Positions 21,124 to 30,166 of a stretch of DNA of 64,000 bases are shown here, piece by piece. The notes beneath the pieces were generated by a model that ran no database searches, was not told where the DNA came from, and saw only the letters and a program-made list of their open reading frames with translations. The stretch spans positions 135,836-199,835 of the forward strand of contig JAXLQJ010000008.1 of the NCBI GenBank assembly GCA_046331705.1, given 5' to 3'. The stretch is from a bacterium. Its GTDB lineage: Bacteria; JADJOY01. The translations under genes and the position numbers were made by a program. Every line of letters starts with the position of its first letter. Within the stretch, counting starts at the first letter, position 1.

Positions 21124-21250
21124 TCCTCGGGATGTGGATCGCCACCGCGATCGTGCGCACCGTGCTGCGCCTCGGCCTCACCTGGCGCGGCCGCACCCAT
21201 CGGCAGGTGTGAACCGCCGCCAGGACGCACCCACGGCGTCCGCGACGAAC

Positions 21251-22139
21251 CTCAGCGCGGCGATTCCTCCGGCAGTGTCGGCATCACCTCGTCCGGCAGC
21301 GTCGCCGGCAGCTCCCAGCGATCCTTGCGCTTGCCCGTGACGCTCGTCGTCGCTGCCGAGCTCGATCAGCTTGCGACGGATCGCTTCCTGGAGACGCCCT
21401 CTGGCGCGAGCTCGAACGCCTTGCGGTAGGCGGCGATCGCGTCGTCGTTCTTGCCGAGCCGCCGCAGCATGTCGCCTTTCTGATCGAACGCGGGTGGATA
21501 GCCCTCGGCGCGGCCGCTGGTGGCGCGGATGCACTCGCGCAACGCGACCTCGGTTCGTCCCGCGGCGGCGAGCGTCTGGCAGAGCGCCGTCCGGAGGACG
21601 CCGTCGGTCGGCTTGAGGTCGAGCGCCTTCCAGTACGTCGCGATCGCGTCGTCGACCTTCCCTTGGCCTGCGTACGCGGCAGCCAGATTGGAGAGCACGG
21701 CCTCGGGTCGCGTACTGCTTCTCGGGTGCCAGCGCCGATTGGAAATCCTGATCGCCTCTGTCGAAGCGACGGTCGCGCAGCTGCGCGACACCGCGCACGT
21801 TGAGCAGCTCCGGATCGCCGGGCGCGGTCGCCGAAGCCGGCGTCGCGGCGTGCGGCCTCGACCGCGCGACCGTACTCGCCCCGCTCGATCATCACCACCG
21901 CGCGCAGATAGTGGATCTGTCGATCCTGCGGCGACTTGATGCGCGCCTGCTCCAGGTTCTTGAGCGCCGACTCGTAACGCCCGGCGCGATAGTCGTTGAG
22001 CGCCACCTGCACGAGGAAACCCGCGTCCTGCGCGCCTTGCGCGCCGTCTCGGACGCGTCCTTGGGGCAGCCCGCCAGCACACGGCGCACGCGAGCGCCGC
22101 CGCGGCCAGCCTGCGAATGGGCCTGCCGAGCTCCGTCAT
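21251..22139 (-). CDS. TPR-repeat lipoprotein; frameshifted
   Basis: Signal peptide plus lipobox MTELGRPIRRLAAAALACAV...VLAGC. TPR units read VQVALNDYRAGRYESALKNLEQARIKSPQDRQIHYLRAVVMIERGEYGRAVEA and LSNLAAAYAGQGKVDDAIATYWKALDLKPTDGV...FDQKGDMLRRLGKNDDAIAAYRKAFELAPEG. Confidence 0.5.
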
Positions 22140-24169
22140 GGCACGTGGACCTCCTGGCCATGCCGAACGCGCACGGTCGACGCGATCGTACGCCCGTCGG
22201 CGAGCACCATGCGCACGGGATGACTTCCGATCGAGGAGCTCGAAACGGCGGCGCGGCTCGAGTTGCCGTCCACGCGCAGCTCGCGGACGCCGTCGTCGAC
22301 GACCACCGTGCCCGCGAACTTGAAGAGCTTGCGCACGTGATCGTCGGCGAGCACGTCCACCGACACCGTCTCGTCGAGATCGACCTGCGGGTTCACGAAT
22401 CGGAACCGATGATGCCCGCGCTGGTCGAGTGGCCAACCAGCGGTGTCTGGCCGAGCGGCTCGTTCTCGTCGTCCTGCGGCTGGCGATGCTGAACGGCCCG
22501 TTGAGCGTCACCAGACCGCTCAACGACGCGCGCCGCAGCTCGTAGCGCAACACGTTGGCGCGGGCGGCCTCGATGTTCACGGTGGTCGCGATGGTCTGGA
22601 AGCCCGCCTCGACCGCACCGTGTACCGCCCCGGCTTGACCGATACGGTCTGCGGCGACGTGAAGACCTGCGGTCCGATGCTCACGGACGCGCCCGCCGGA
22701 TCGGTGGCGATCTGCACGGTGACCGCTTGGGCACCAGCTCGACCTCCACGGCGACGCCCGGCGCATTGGCGTCGACCACGATGGGCGTGGTGCGAGGGTC
22801 GTAGCCGTCCTTCTCGAGCCGAATCGAGGCCGACTCCACCGCGACCTCGAGCCGCGCCGGCGTGGTCTTGTGCGTGTCGCTTGCCATCGAGCCAGATCGC
22901 CGCTCCGGGGCGGACGCGACGTCACTTCCATCGGCCGAGCCGCGGGATAGGCCGACGACGGACCCGCCGCGCCGCCGCTCACTCCGGCGTTCGGCCCCGC
23001 TCGGGCGCATCGCTCGGCGCCACTGTCGGCCTGGGGTACCGCCGCCGTGGCGTTCGTTGGAGCGCCGAGCGCTCCGGCACCGGCATCGTCGGCGCCCTTC
23101 CAGCCGAAACGCTTCACGAGCGCGCTGCCGCCGACGAATGCTGACCACGAGCGCCGCCACCAGCAGGAATCGGCTCAACGACACCGGCTCGCTGCCGGGC
23201 AACGGCCCGGGCGCCGACGTGACGCGTCGCGTGGCACTGGCGCGGGCGTGGCACCGAGCCGAGCGGCGGCTCTTGCCCATCCAATCGGCGAGCGACTCGG
23301 ATTCCGCGAACAGCCCGCGCAGGAAGCGCGCGCGCTCGTGCGGGCCTGAGACCAGCCCGAGCAGCGTCATCACGTCCGCGATGGCGAGCTCCATCTCGCG
23401 GCCGCTCTGGAAGCGCTCCTTGCGCGAGCGCGCCAGCGCCTTGAGCAGCAGGTCCCCACCTCGACGGGGATGTCGTCTTCACGTCGCGCGGCATCGGCAC
23501 GTCGACCTGCTGGATGCGCTCGATGGTCCTGGAAGGCTCACGTCGTCGGGGAAGAGCTTGCTCTCGCGAGCAGCTCTCGAACAGGATCACGCCGACCGAG
23601 AAGAGATCCGAGCGATGAGTCGAGCGCGTCACCCGAGATCTGCTCGGGCGACATGTACGAGAGCTTGCCTTGACGGTGCCCGCGGTGGTCTCGCTCGAGA
23701 TCAGCGAAGCCTTGGCGATGCCGAAGTCGGTGATCTTCACCTCGCCGTCGAAGCTCAACACGTTCTGCGGCGACATCGTCGCGGTGGATGATCTCGAGCG
23801 GTGCCGTCGTAGGCGGAACGGCCGTGCGCGTAGGCCGAGGCCGGCGCACGCCTCTCGCACGATGCCGAGGGCGTGCTCGAGCGGCGCAGCACGCCGCCCG
23901 TCGCGCCGACGCGATCGAGGATGTCGCGCAGGTTCTTGCCGTGCACGTACTCCATCGAGATGAAGTACGTGCCGCCCAGGCGACCGAAGTCGAAGATCTG
24001 GACGACGTTGGCGTGGTTGAGCTGGGCCGCGAGCTTGGCCTCGCCCTCAGGAACAGGTCGGGCCACCGAGCGCTCGTCGCGCATCAGGTGAGGCAGCATG
24101 GCGCTTGAGCGCGACCAGCTTCTCGAAGCCGCCGGGTCCCACGCGCTTGGCGAGGAAGATCTCGCTCAT
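22136..24169 (-). CDS. Hanks-type Ser/Thr protein kinase with TM helix and C-terminal PEGA-like domains; frameshifted
   Basis: Reads MSEIFLAKRVGPGGFEKLVALK, LNHANVVQIFDFG...[66 protein letters not shown]. TM is VSLSRFLLVAALVVSI. PEGA-like blocks read ARLEVAVESASIRLEKDGYDPRTTPIVVDANAPGVAVEVELVP. Confidence 0.6.
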
Positions 24170-24574
24170 CCTCCCGCGGCGATGCTGCGGAGGATGTGCG
24201 GTATTGCCCGAATCGGGAAGCGAATCCGGCGAGGGCGCGGCCACGGGGGCCATGGGAGTTCGACGGAGGCGAGTGCGTTTCGATCAGGCTGGCGTGCAGC
24301 CCCATGATGATGCTCACCCGAGCCTCGCCGGCGGCGCCGCGCTCGATCCCTTCGATGGCGACGCGCGCATGGCGCATCGATTCGGGGAGCACGTCGTTCG
24401 CTCGTCGCCATCGCGCGTCTATTTAGCCTGCCCCTAGACCGCGCAGGAACGCGGCATCGCCGTCGAGCACCCGACGATGTGCGCGCATTGCGACCGTGAG
24501 CGACGCGTGCTTCAATCGGTCCCCCGGTGCGCTCTCCGCGCGAGCTCGACCTCGGGCCCGCGCTTGCGAGCGAG

Positions 24575-24960
24575 ATGAGCCATGAAAACAAGACCTTCGT
24601 CTACGACAAGCCGTCGATCGGCGCCGACGATCTGAAGATCCCGCCCAACATCCGCGCCACGCTGAAGGTGCTGAGCGGCACCGAGCAGGGCGCACCTTCC
24701 CGCTCAGCCTGAGCACCACGGTGATCGGACGCGGCGAGCAAGCCGACGTCCGCGTCGACGACGACGCCATGTCGCGGCGCCATACCGAGATCTCCTATCG
24801 CAACCTCGAGTTCCGGGTGCGCGACCTGGAATCGAGCAACGGCACCTTCCTCAACGGCTCCGAGGTCAAGGAATACGCACTGCGCAACGGCGACAAGATC
24901 ATGGCCGGCGAGACGCTCTTCTCTTCGCCGTGGATCGGGTCGGCGCACCACCCAAGATGA
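24575..24960 (+). CDS. FHA domain protein
   Basis: Reads MSHENKTFVYDKP...TVIGRGEQADVRVDDDAMSRRHTEISYRNLEFRVRDLESSNGTFLNGSEVKEYALRNGDKIMAG. This is the canonical FHA fold signature (GR...D..VSR.H...........D..S.NGT.LNG). One possible frameshift near residue 40. Confidence 0.7.
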
Positions 24961-25559
24961 CGTGAGCCGGCGCGCAGCGACCGCCCAGACCCGGGCGTGA
25001 TGGGCCGCGACGGTGTGCGCGAAAAGCGCCCTGGCGCTATGGGCCGTGGAATCGCGCCGGTGGACGCGCCGGTGAACGAGCATGCGCACGAGCGTTGTCC
25101 GCGCCTCGCGCCCTGGTCCGTCATCTCCGCGCAACCCCGGCTGCGCGTGGCCCGCGACCCGGCGGTGAAGCCACTCGGGAGGCGCGCCCTGGATGCGCGC
25201 GACGCGCGGACACTTCTCGTGGACAGGCGGGCGCGCGTTGGGCGTCGGTCGCGGCGCCGCGCGGTGGGGCACTTACCCGCTTGCCTAGGGCGCCGCCGCG
25301 GTCTCGCTCTTGGCGCTCGCGCGTGTGCCTGCCCCTCGGGCCTGGGTCGACTCGCGAGCCGCGCTGTGACGGCGCGGCGCGGACGCGGCTCGGCGCCACC
25401 GCGCGGCGCGAGGGCCCTGCCCGCTGGGCGCCAGCGCGGCCGGCGCCGAGGACGTGCCGCGCTTGCCTGTCCGACGCCCGGCGCTCGAGCGGACGATTCG
25501 CGTGCTCTGCCGGCCGACCCAGGTCCGTGCTGCGTGCGACGGGGTCGGAATGGCGCTGG

Positions 25560-26007
25560 CGCACGCCGCGAGGCACGTCGCGAGATCGCGCGCGATCGCG
25601 CCAAAACAAGGGGGATTCGAGCCTGTGGATGGCTGCCCCCCCCCACAGAGACATTTCGACTAATTTCGATCTCGATCTCAATGGATTCGGGAAAATCGAT
25701 CTCGCCGGGACACAGAAAGTTGTGCACACAAGCTGTTCAGAACCGGCGCATAACGAGATAACTCGCCGAGATCATTTACGCTTCGCGGCCGAGCCCGCCG
25801 AGACCCGCCAAATCCCGCGTTTCCCGGCACTCCGAGCCCCACGATTTCGCGAAATCCGCGCGCTTCGCGGTGTGGATGATTCACTGCGCCGACACCCTCC
25901 GCGACACACGGCGATACGCGCCTTGCCCCTTCGCTCACGGATCTGGATAATGCGCGGGTCTCGAATCAGCATCTCGTCACTCCCCACCAGTCGTCGTCCC
26001 TTTCGCG
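25560..26007. other. Candidate chromosomal replication origin (oriC) immediately upstream of dnaA
   Basis: About 1 kb with no convincing ORF in a dense genome. AT-rich island (25660-25760: atttcgactaatttcgatctcgatctcaatggattcgggaaaatcgatctc) against a ~70% GC background. DnaA-box-like 9-mers: TGTGGATGA (25871-25879), TGTGGATGG (25624-25632), cTGGATAAT (25935-25943), TTGTGCACA (25711-25719). Also a C9 homopolymer at 25646-25654. Confidence 0.45.
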
Positions 26008-27486
26008 ATGAGCCCAGCTCAAGAGATCTGGCGCCAGACCCTCACCAACCTCGAGGCCCACGTGGCCCCGCATCTGGTCGAGCTTTGGCTGCGACCGCTG
26101 CGTCTGGTGCGCCTCGAGGACGAGAAGGTGGTGGTGTCGGCGCCCAATCAGTTCACGCACGATTGGGTGCGGGAGCACTTCCTGCGCGAGCTCGAGCAAT
26201 CGTTGCCCGACCGCACCGGCCGCCCGTACCAGCTCGTGCTGACCTTCGGCGAGGACGCGACCGACGACCCCGCCGAGCCGCCAGACCGCGCGCCTTCCCG
26301 CCCGCTCTACCTGGTTCCACCGAAACGCGCTGGAGTGGCAGCGGGCGCGGCGCTCGCGGCAGCAGGGCACGTCCCCGTGGGCGCGCGTCCCCCAGCAGCG
26401 CGCCCCACCGCTCCGCCGGCGCGCTCGACCCATCCCCTGCCGGCCGCCGCGCGCTTGCTCACGTTCGAGCGGTTCGTGGTCGGCCCCAGCAATCGCCTGG
26501 CGGTCGCCGCGGCGCGCGCCATCGTCGAAGCACCGGAGGTGCGGTTCAACCCGCTCTTCCTCAACGCACCCGTGGGGCTCGGCAAGACGCACCTCGCGTG
26601 CGCCGTGGTGAACGAGCTCATCCGGCTGCGGCCGCGAACGCGCGTGGCGTTCGCGCCCGCGGAGCGCTACCTGGCGGACATGGTCGCGGCCATCGCCCAG
26701 GGCCGCATCGAGAGCTTCAAGGAGCGCTATCGCCGCAACGTCGACTTGCTGGTGGTGGACGACGTGCAGTTCCTGGCGGGCAAGAAGCGCACGCAGTCGG
26801 AGTTCTTCCACGCGCTCGACGAGCTCTTCGCCGACGGCAAGCAGGTGCTGCTCACCGGCAATGGCAATCCGGCGTCGATCCCCGACCTCGCCGAGCCGCT
26901 GCGCTCACGGCTCGGCGCGGGCCTGGTCGTGGAGATCGATCCACCCGAGCACGGCACGCGCGTGGCGATCGTCGCCGGACGAGCGACCGAGCGCGGCGTC
27001 CCGTTGCCCGAGGGCGTGGCCGAGGCCGTCGCGTCGGTCGCGACGGTGAGCGTCCGCGATCTGGAAGGGGCGCTCAATCGCGTGCTGGCGCTGGCCTCGT
27101 TGACGGGTGAGCCCGTCACCCTTCCACTCGCCGAGGAAGCGCTCAAGCCCTACCGCAAACGCCAGGCGGCCACGCTCACCCCGGAGCGGATCATGGCCGC
27201 CGTCGCGCGCGCCTGGGGCCTCGACCCCGCGCGGCTGCGGGCTCGCTCGCGGCGGCGGGAGGTGCTGATCCCGCGGCAGGTGGTGCTCTACTTCTGCCGC
27301 AAGTACACGCCCGCGAGCCTCGCCAGCATCGGCGAGCTGGTGGGACGGAACCACTCGTCGGTCATCCACTCGCTCACCACCCTCGAGAAGCGATTGCTCT
27401 CGGACCGCAGCCTGCGCCAGAAGGTCGAGTTCATCGAGCAGCGCCTGCTCACGGAACCGGCCACCGAGGACGTGACCAACCTCTGA
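26008..27486 (+). CDS. dnaA: Chromosomal replication initiator protein DnaA
   Basis: Uninterrupted 492-aa ORF. N-terminus reads MSPAQEIWRQTLTNLEAHV. AAA+ Walker A reads NPLFLNAPVGLGKTHL. Sensor and box regions read VDLLVVDDVQFLAGKKRTQSEFFHALDELF. C-terminal DNA-binding domain reads VLYFCRKYTPASLASIGELVGRNHSSVIHS. Confidence 0.95.
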   Translation: MSPAQEIWRQTLTNLEAHVAPHLVELWLRPLRLVRLEDEKVVVSAPNQFTHDWVREHFLRELEQSLPDRTGRPYQLVLTFGEDATDDPAEPPDRAPSRPLYLVPPKRAGVAAGAALAAAGHVPVGARPPAARPTAPPARSTHPLPAAARLLTFERFVVGPSNRLAVAAARAIVEAPEVRFNPLFLNAPVGLGKTHLACAVVNELIRLRPRTRVAFAPAERYLADMVAAIAQGRIESFKERYRRNVDLLVVDDVQFLAGKKRTQSEFFHALDELFADGKQVLLTGNGNPASIPDLAEPLRSRLGAGLVVEIDPPEHGTRVAIVAGRATERGVPLPEGVAEAVASVATVSVRDLEGALNRVLALASLTGEPVTLPLAEEALKPYRKRQAATLTPERIMAAVARAWGLDPARLRARSRRREVLIPRQVVLYFCRKYTPASLASIGELVGRNHSSVIHSLTTLEKRLLSDRSLRQKVEFIEQRLLTEPATEDVTNL

Positions 27487-27562
27487 CGAGCGCCGGTGCG
27501 CGGATCGTCGACCGCCTGGCGCGGTTCCGTGCGCACGCTCCCGTCGCGATCTCCCCCCCGCC

Positions 27563-28348
27563 ATGACCGGTCCCGATCCCCTCGCTGCCGCGACCGCGAT
27601 CGCGCGTGGCGCCGGCGAGGTGCTGCGCGCGCATTTCGGGCAGGCGCTCACGATCGAGCACAAGGGCGAGATCGATCTCGTCACCGAGGCCGACCGCGCG
27701 TCCGAGGCGCACATCGTCTCCCGGCTGCGCACCGCGTTCCCGGACCACGCGATCCTGGCCGAGGAGGGGTCGGGCACGGCGCGCGCCGGACGGCCGCGCT
27801 GGCTCGTCGATCCGCTCGACGGCACCACCAACTTCGCGCACGGCTACCCGCTCTTCGCGGTCTCGATCGCGCTCGAGGTCGAGGGACGGATCGAGGTCGG
27901 TGTCGTGCACGACCCCTGCCGCGACGAGACCTTCGCCGCCCGCCGCGGCGCTGGCGCGACCCTGAACGGCGCGGCGATGCGTGTGTCCGCCATCGAGCAG
28001 CTCTCGCGCGCGCTCCTGGTGACGGGCTTCCCCTACACCATCCACGAGCGCCCCGAGCCCACCGTGGGCCTGCTACGCCGCTTCTTGATGGCGGGCCAGG
28101 GACTGCGCCGCGACGGCTCGGCAGCGCTCGACCTCTGCTACGTCGCCGCGGGCCGCTTCGACGGCTTCTGGGAGCTCGAGCTCAAGCCCTGGGACGTCGC
28201 CGCCGGCAGCCTCATCGTCGAGGAGGCGGGCGGCCGCGTCACCAATCTCGACGGCAGCCGGTTCGCGATCGACGCGGGCGCGATCCTCGCCACCAACGGG
28301 CGCTTGCACGACGCGATGCTGACGATCGCGTCCTCAACGGCTTCCTAG
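27563..28348 (+). CDS. Inositol monophosphatase family protein (SuhB/IMPase-like)
   Basis: Intact 261-aa ORF. Reads EADRASEAHIVSRLRTAFPDHAILAEE...WLVDPLDGTTNFAHGYPLFAVSIAL...WDVAAGSLIVEEAGG. Confidence 0.85.
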   Translation: MTGPDPLAAATAIARGAGEVLRAHFGQALTIEHKGEIDLVTEADRASEAHIVSRLRTAFPDHAILAEEGSGTARAGRPRWLVDPLDGTTNFAHGYPLFAVSIALEVEGRIEVGVVHDPCRDETFAARRGAGATLNGAAMRVSAIEQLSRALLVTGFPYTIHERPEPTVGLLRRFLMAGQGLRRDGSAALDLCYVAAGRFDGFWELELKPWDVAAGSLIVEEAGGRVTNLDGSRFAIDAGAILATNGRLHDAMLTIASSTAS

Positions 28349-28948
28349 CCGCGGAAGGAACCGGCCGGTGACGGCGACCCACGCCTGATAGGCGTCGCCG
28401 TGCTCTTCGCCGAGGAAGTCCTCTTCCAGACGCGCCTGGATCTGCAGCCCGTACACCGTGAGGATCACGAGGATCAGCGAGGGATCGCAGGGCACCAGCA
28501 GGAAGAGCCCGACGCTCGCGCCCATCATGCCGGTGTAGATCGGATTGCGGATCCACCGGAACGGACCGTGCTTCACCAGCTCGGCCACGCCGGCGCGATC
28601 GATGCCGATCTTCCAGGCTTCGCCCATCGTCCCTTGCGCCCAACCGGTGAGCCCGAGCGACGCCAGGGCGATCAAGAAGCCGAAGGTCTGCACGGTCGCG
28701 GTCGCGAGCCCGCTGAAGGGGCGCATCGCATCGAGGATCTCGGGATCCCAGAGGTAGAGCACGCCCACCACGTAGTGCCCGCCCACCAGCGGGATCAGCG
28801 AGCCGGCCAGGAATCGCTCGGTGCCGGAGCTCCGATCGCTGATGCCGATCGGCATCTTGCCGAACCGCACCCGGTAGGTCGCGAACTTCACGACCGCGGG
28901 GAAGAGAAACAGGATCAAGAGCAAGGCGACTTCGATGCGCGCGTCCAT
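28334..28948 (-). CDS. Isoprenylcysteine carboxyl methyltransferase (ICMT/PEMT) family membrane protein
   Basis: Intact 204-aa ORF with multiple TMs. Reads ...LVKHGPFRWIRNPIYTGMMGASVGLFLL...EEDFLGEEHGDAYQAWVAVTGRFLP. Confidence 0.8.
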   Translation of the reverse strand: MDARIEVALLLILFLFPAVVKFATYRVRFGKMPIGISDRSSGTERFLAGSLIPLVGGHYVVGVLYLWDPEILDAMRPFSGLATATVQTFGFLIALASLGLTGWAQGTMGEAWKIGIDRAGVAELVKHGPFRWIRNPIYTGMMGASVGLFLLVPCDPSLILVILTVYGLQIQARLEEDFLGEEHGDAYQAWVAVTGRFLPRLGSR

Positions 28949-29018
28949 GGAGGTTCCTCGGGGTGTGCGGTGCGACGACGACGGCGGTCCCGGCGACCGA
29001 AGCCTCGCACCCGCTCGT

Positions 29019-29645
29019 TCAGAAGAAAACGCCGAGCGACAGCGGCACCGTCAACAGGTCCTCGCCGTGCTCGGAGAAGATCCGGTCGTAGGCAACGGCG
29101 ACGTCGAGCACGACGCGCGGCACGAGCACGACCTGCAACCCGGCTTGGACCGAGGCCACGAAGTCGAGCTGATCGTCCGACTCGGTGCCGGTGATGTCGG
29201 TGGTGCGAAGCAGCAACCCGGGTGAGCCCGCCAGGTACGGATGGAGCCGATCGGCGACCTCGAACGACGCCCGCAGGCCGGCACCGAACGCGAGGTTGGT
29301 GGCGCTGGCGCTGGCGCCGCCGTCGGGGATCTCGGAGCGCTGGAAATCGACAGCGAAGCTCGCGAACGGCTCGAGATTCGGGTGCACGTAGTAGCCGAGG
29401 AGCGTGCCGACCTGCACCTGCGACGACACGACCCCGTCGCTCAAGCGCTGAAACGAACCGCGAAGCGCGAGCTCCCACGCGTCCGGCGCGCCCGGCCCCG
29501 GGGGCGGAAGCTCCGCTGGCGTCTGCGCGTGGCCGAGACTCCCGAGCAGCAGCGATGCGCAACACGCGACGGCGCGAGCCAGGGTCGAGAAGGCGCCCCG
29601 GGAGGCGCATCCCGAGGCGCGCGGCTTCGGCGAGCGAGCGCTCAT
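29019..29645 (-). CDS. Outer-membrane beta-barrel protein (porin-family fold)
   Basis: Signal peptide MSARSPKPRASGCASRGAFSTLARAVACCASLLLGSLGHAQ. Alternating amphipathic strands. C-terminal aromatic end reads LTVPLSLGVFF. Confidence 0.6.
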   Translation of the reverse strand: MSARSPKPRASGCASRGAFSTLARAVACCASLLLGSLGHAQTPAELPPPGPGAPDAWELALRGSFQRLSDGVVSSQVQVGTLLGYYVHPNLEPFASFAVDFQRSEIPDGGASASATNLAFGAGLRASFEVADRLHPYLAGSPGLLLRTTDITGTESDDQLDFVASVQAGLQVVLVPRVVLDVAVAYDRIFSEHGEDLLTVPLSLGVFF

Positions 29646-29760
29646 CGCGCGCACGTAAGCCCCGATCGACCGCCACGTCAACCCGTTCGCGCGCCTGAAA
29701 CAACGTTCGCTCGACAACCTGCTAACCTCCCGCGCCTCGAACGATCCGGGGGAATCGAGC

Positions 29761-30117
29761 ATGTCCATCTTCGAGCGTCACATCTTCATCTGCGAGAACG
29801 TTCGCGAGAAGGGTCATCCACGCGGCTGCTGCGCGGAAAAGGGCGGCGAACGCGTCCGCGAGCTCTTCAAGGAGGCCCTCGAGAAGCGCGGCCTCAAGGG
29901 GCGGATGCGCGCCAACAAGGCCGGCTGCCTCGACCAGTGCGAGATCGGCCCGACGGTGGTCGTGTATCCCGAGGGTGTCTGGTACGGCCTGGTGCGCACG
30001 GCCGAGGACGTCGACGAGATCGTCGAGCAGCATCTGATCGGCGGCCGCGTCGTGGAGCGCCTCGCGTTCTCGCGCGATGCCTCGGGCAAGCTGGTGCGCG
30101 GCCGCGGCAACCCCTGA
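29761..30117 (+). CDS. Thioredoxin-like [2Fe-2S] ferredoxin
   Basis: 118-aa ORF. Cys pattern reads HIFICENVREKGHPRGCCAEKG...KAGCLDQCEIGPTVVVYPEGVWY, typical of (2Fe-2S) ferredoxin domain proteins. Confidence 0.75.
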   Translation: MSIFERHIFICENVREKGHPRGCCAEKGGERVRELFKEALEKRGLKGRMRANKAGCLDQCEIGPTVVVYPEGVWYGLVRTAEDVDEIVEQHLIGGRVVERLAFSRDASGKLVRGRGNP

Positions 30118-30166
30118 TCCCACGAGGCGCGGCGCGCGCCGCGCCTCCGTCTGCACCCTCCCAACC

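Noticed and set aside
24960-25560. Looked for rpmH/rnpA or a small ORF upstream of dnaA
   Set aside because: No KRTFQP-like rpmH signature on either strand. Only GC-shadow ORFs are present, so the region is treated as non-coding.
25095-27110. 671-aa plus-strand ORF spanning the origin region and overlapping dnaA in another frame
   Set aside because: Extremely Arg/Pro/Ala-rich with no recognisable motifs. It overlaps the intact, motif-rich dnaA ORF. Typical shadow ORF in ~70% GC DNA.
28950-29018. Possible rho-independent terminator after the OM beta-barrel gene
   Set aside because: The only inverted repeat (GGTGCGA...TCGCACC) has a ~29-nt loop and no U-tract, so it is not a convincing terminator.
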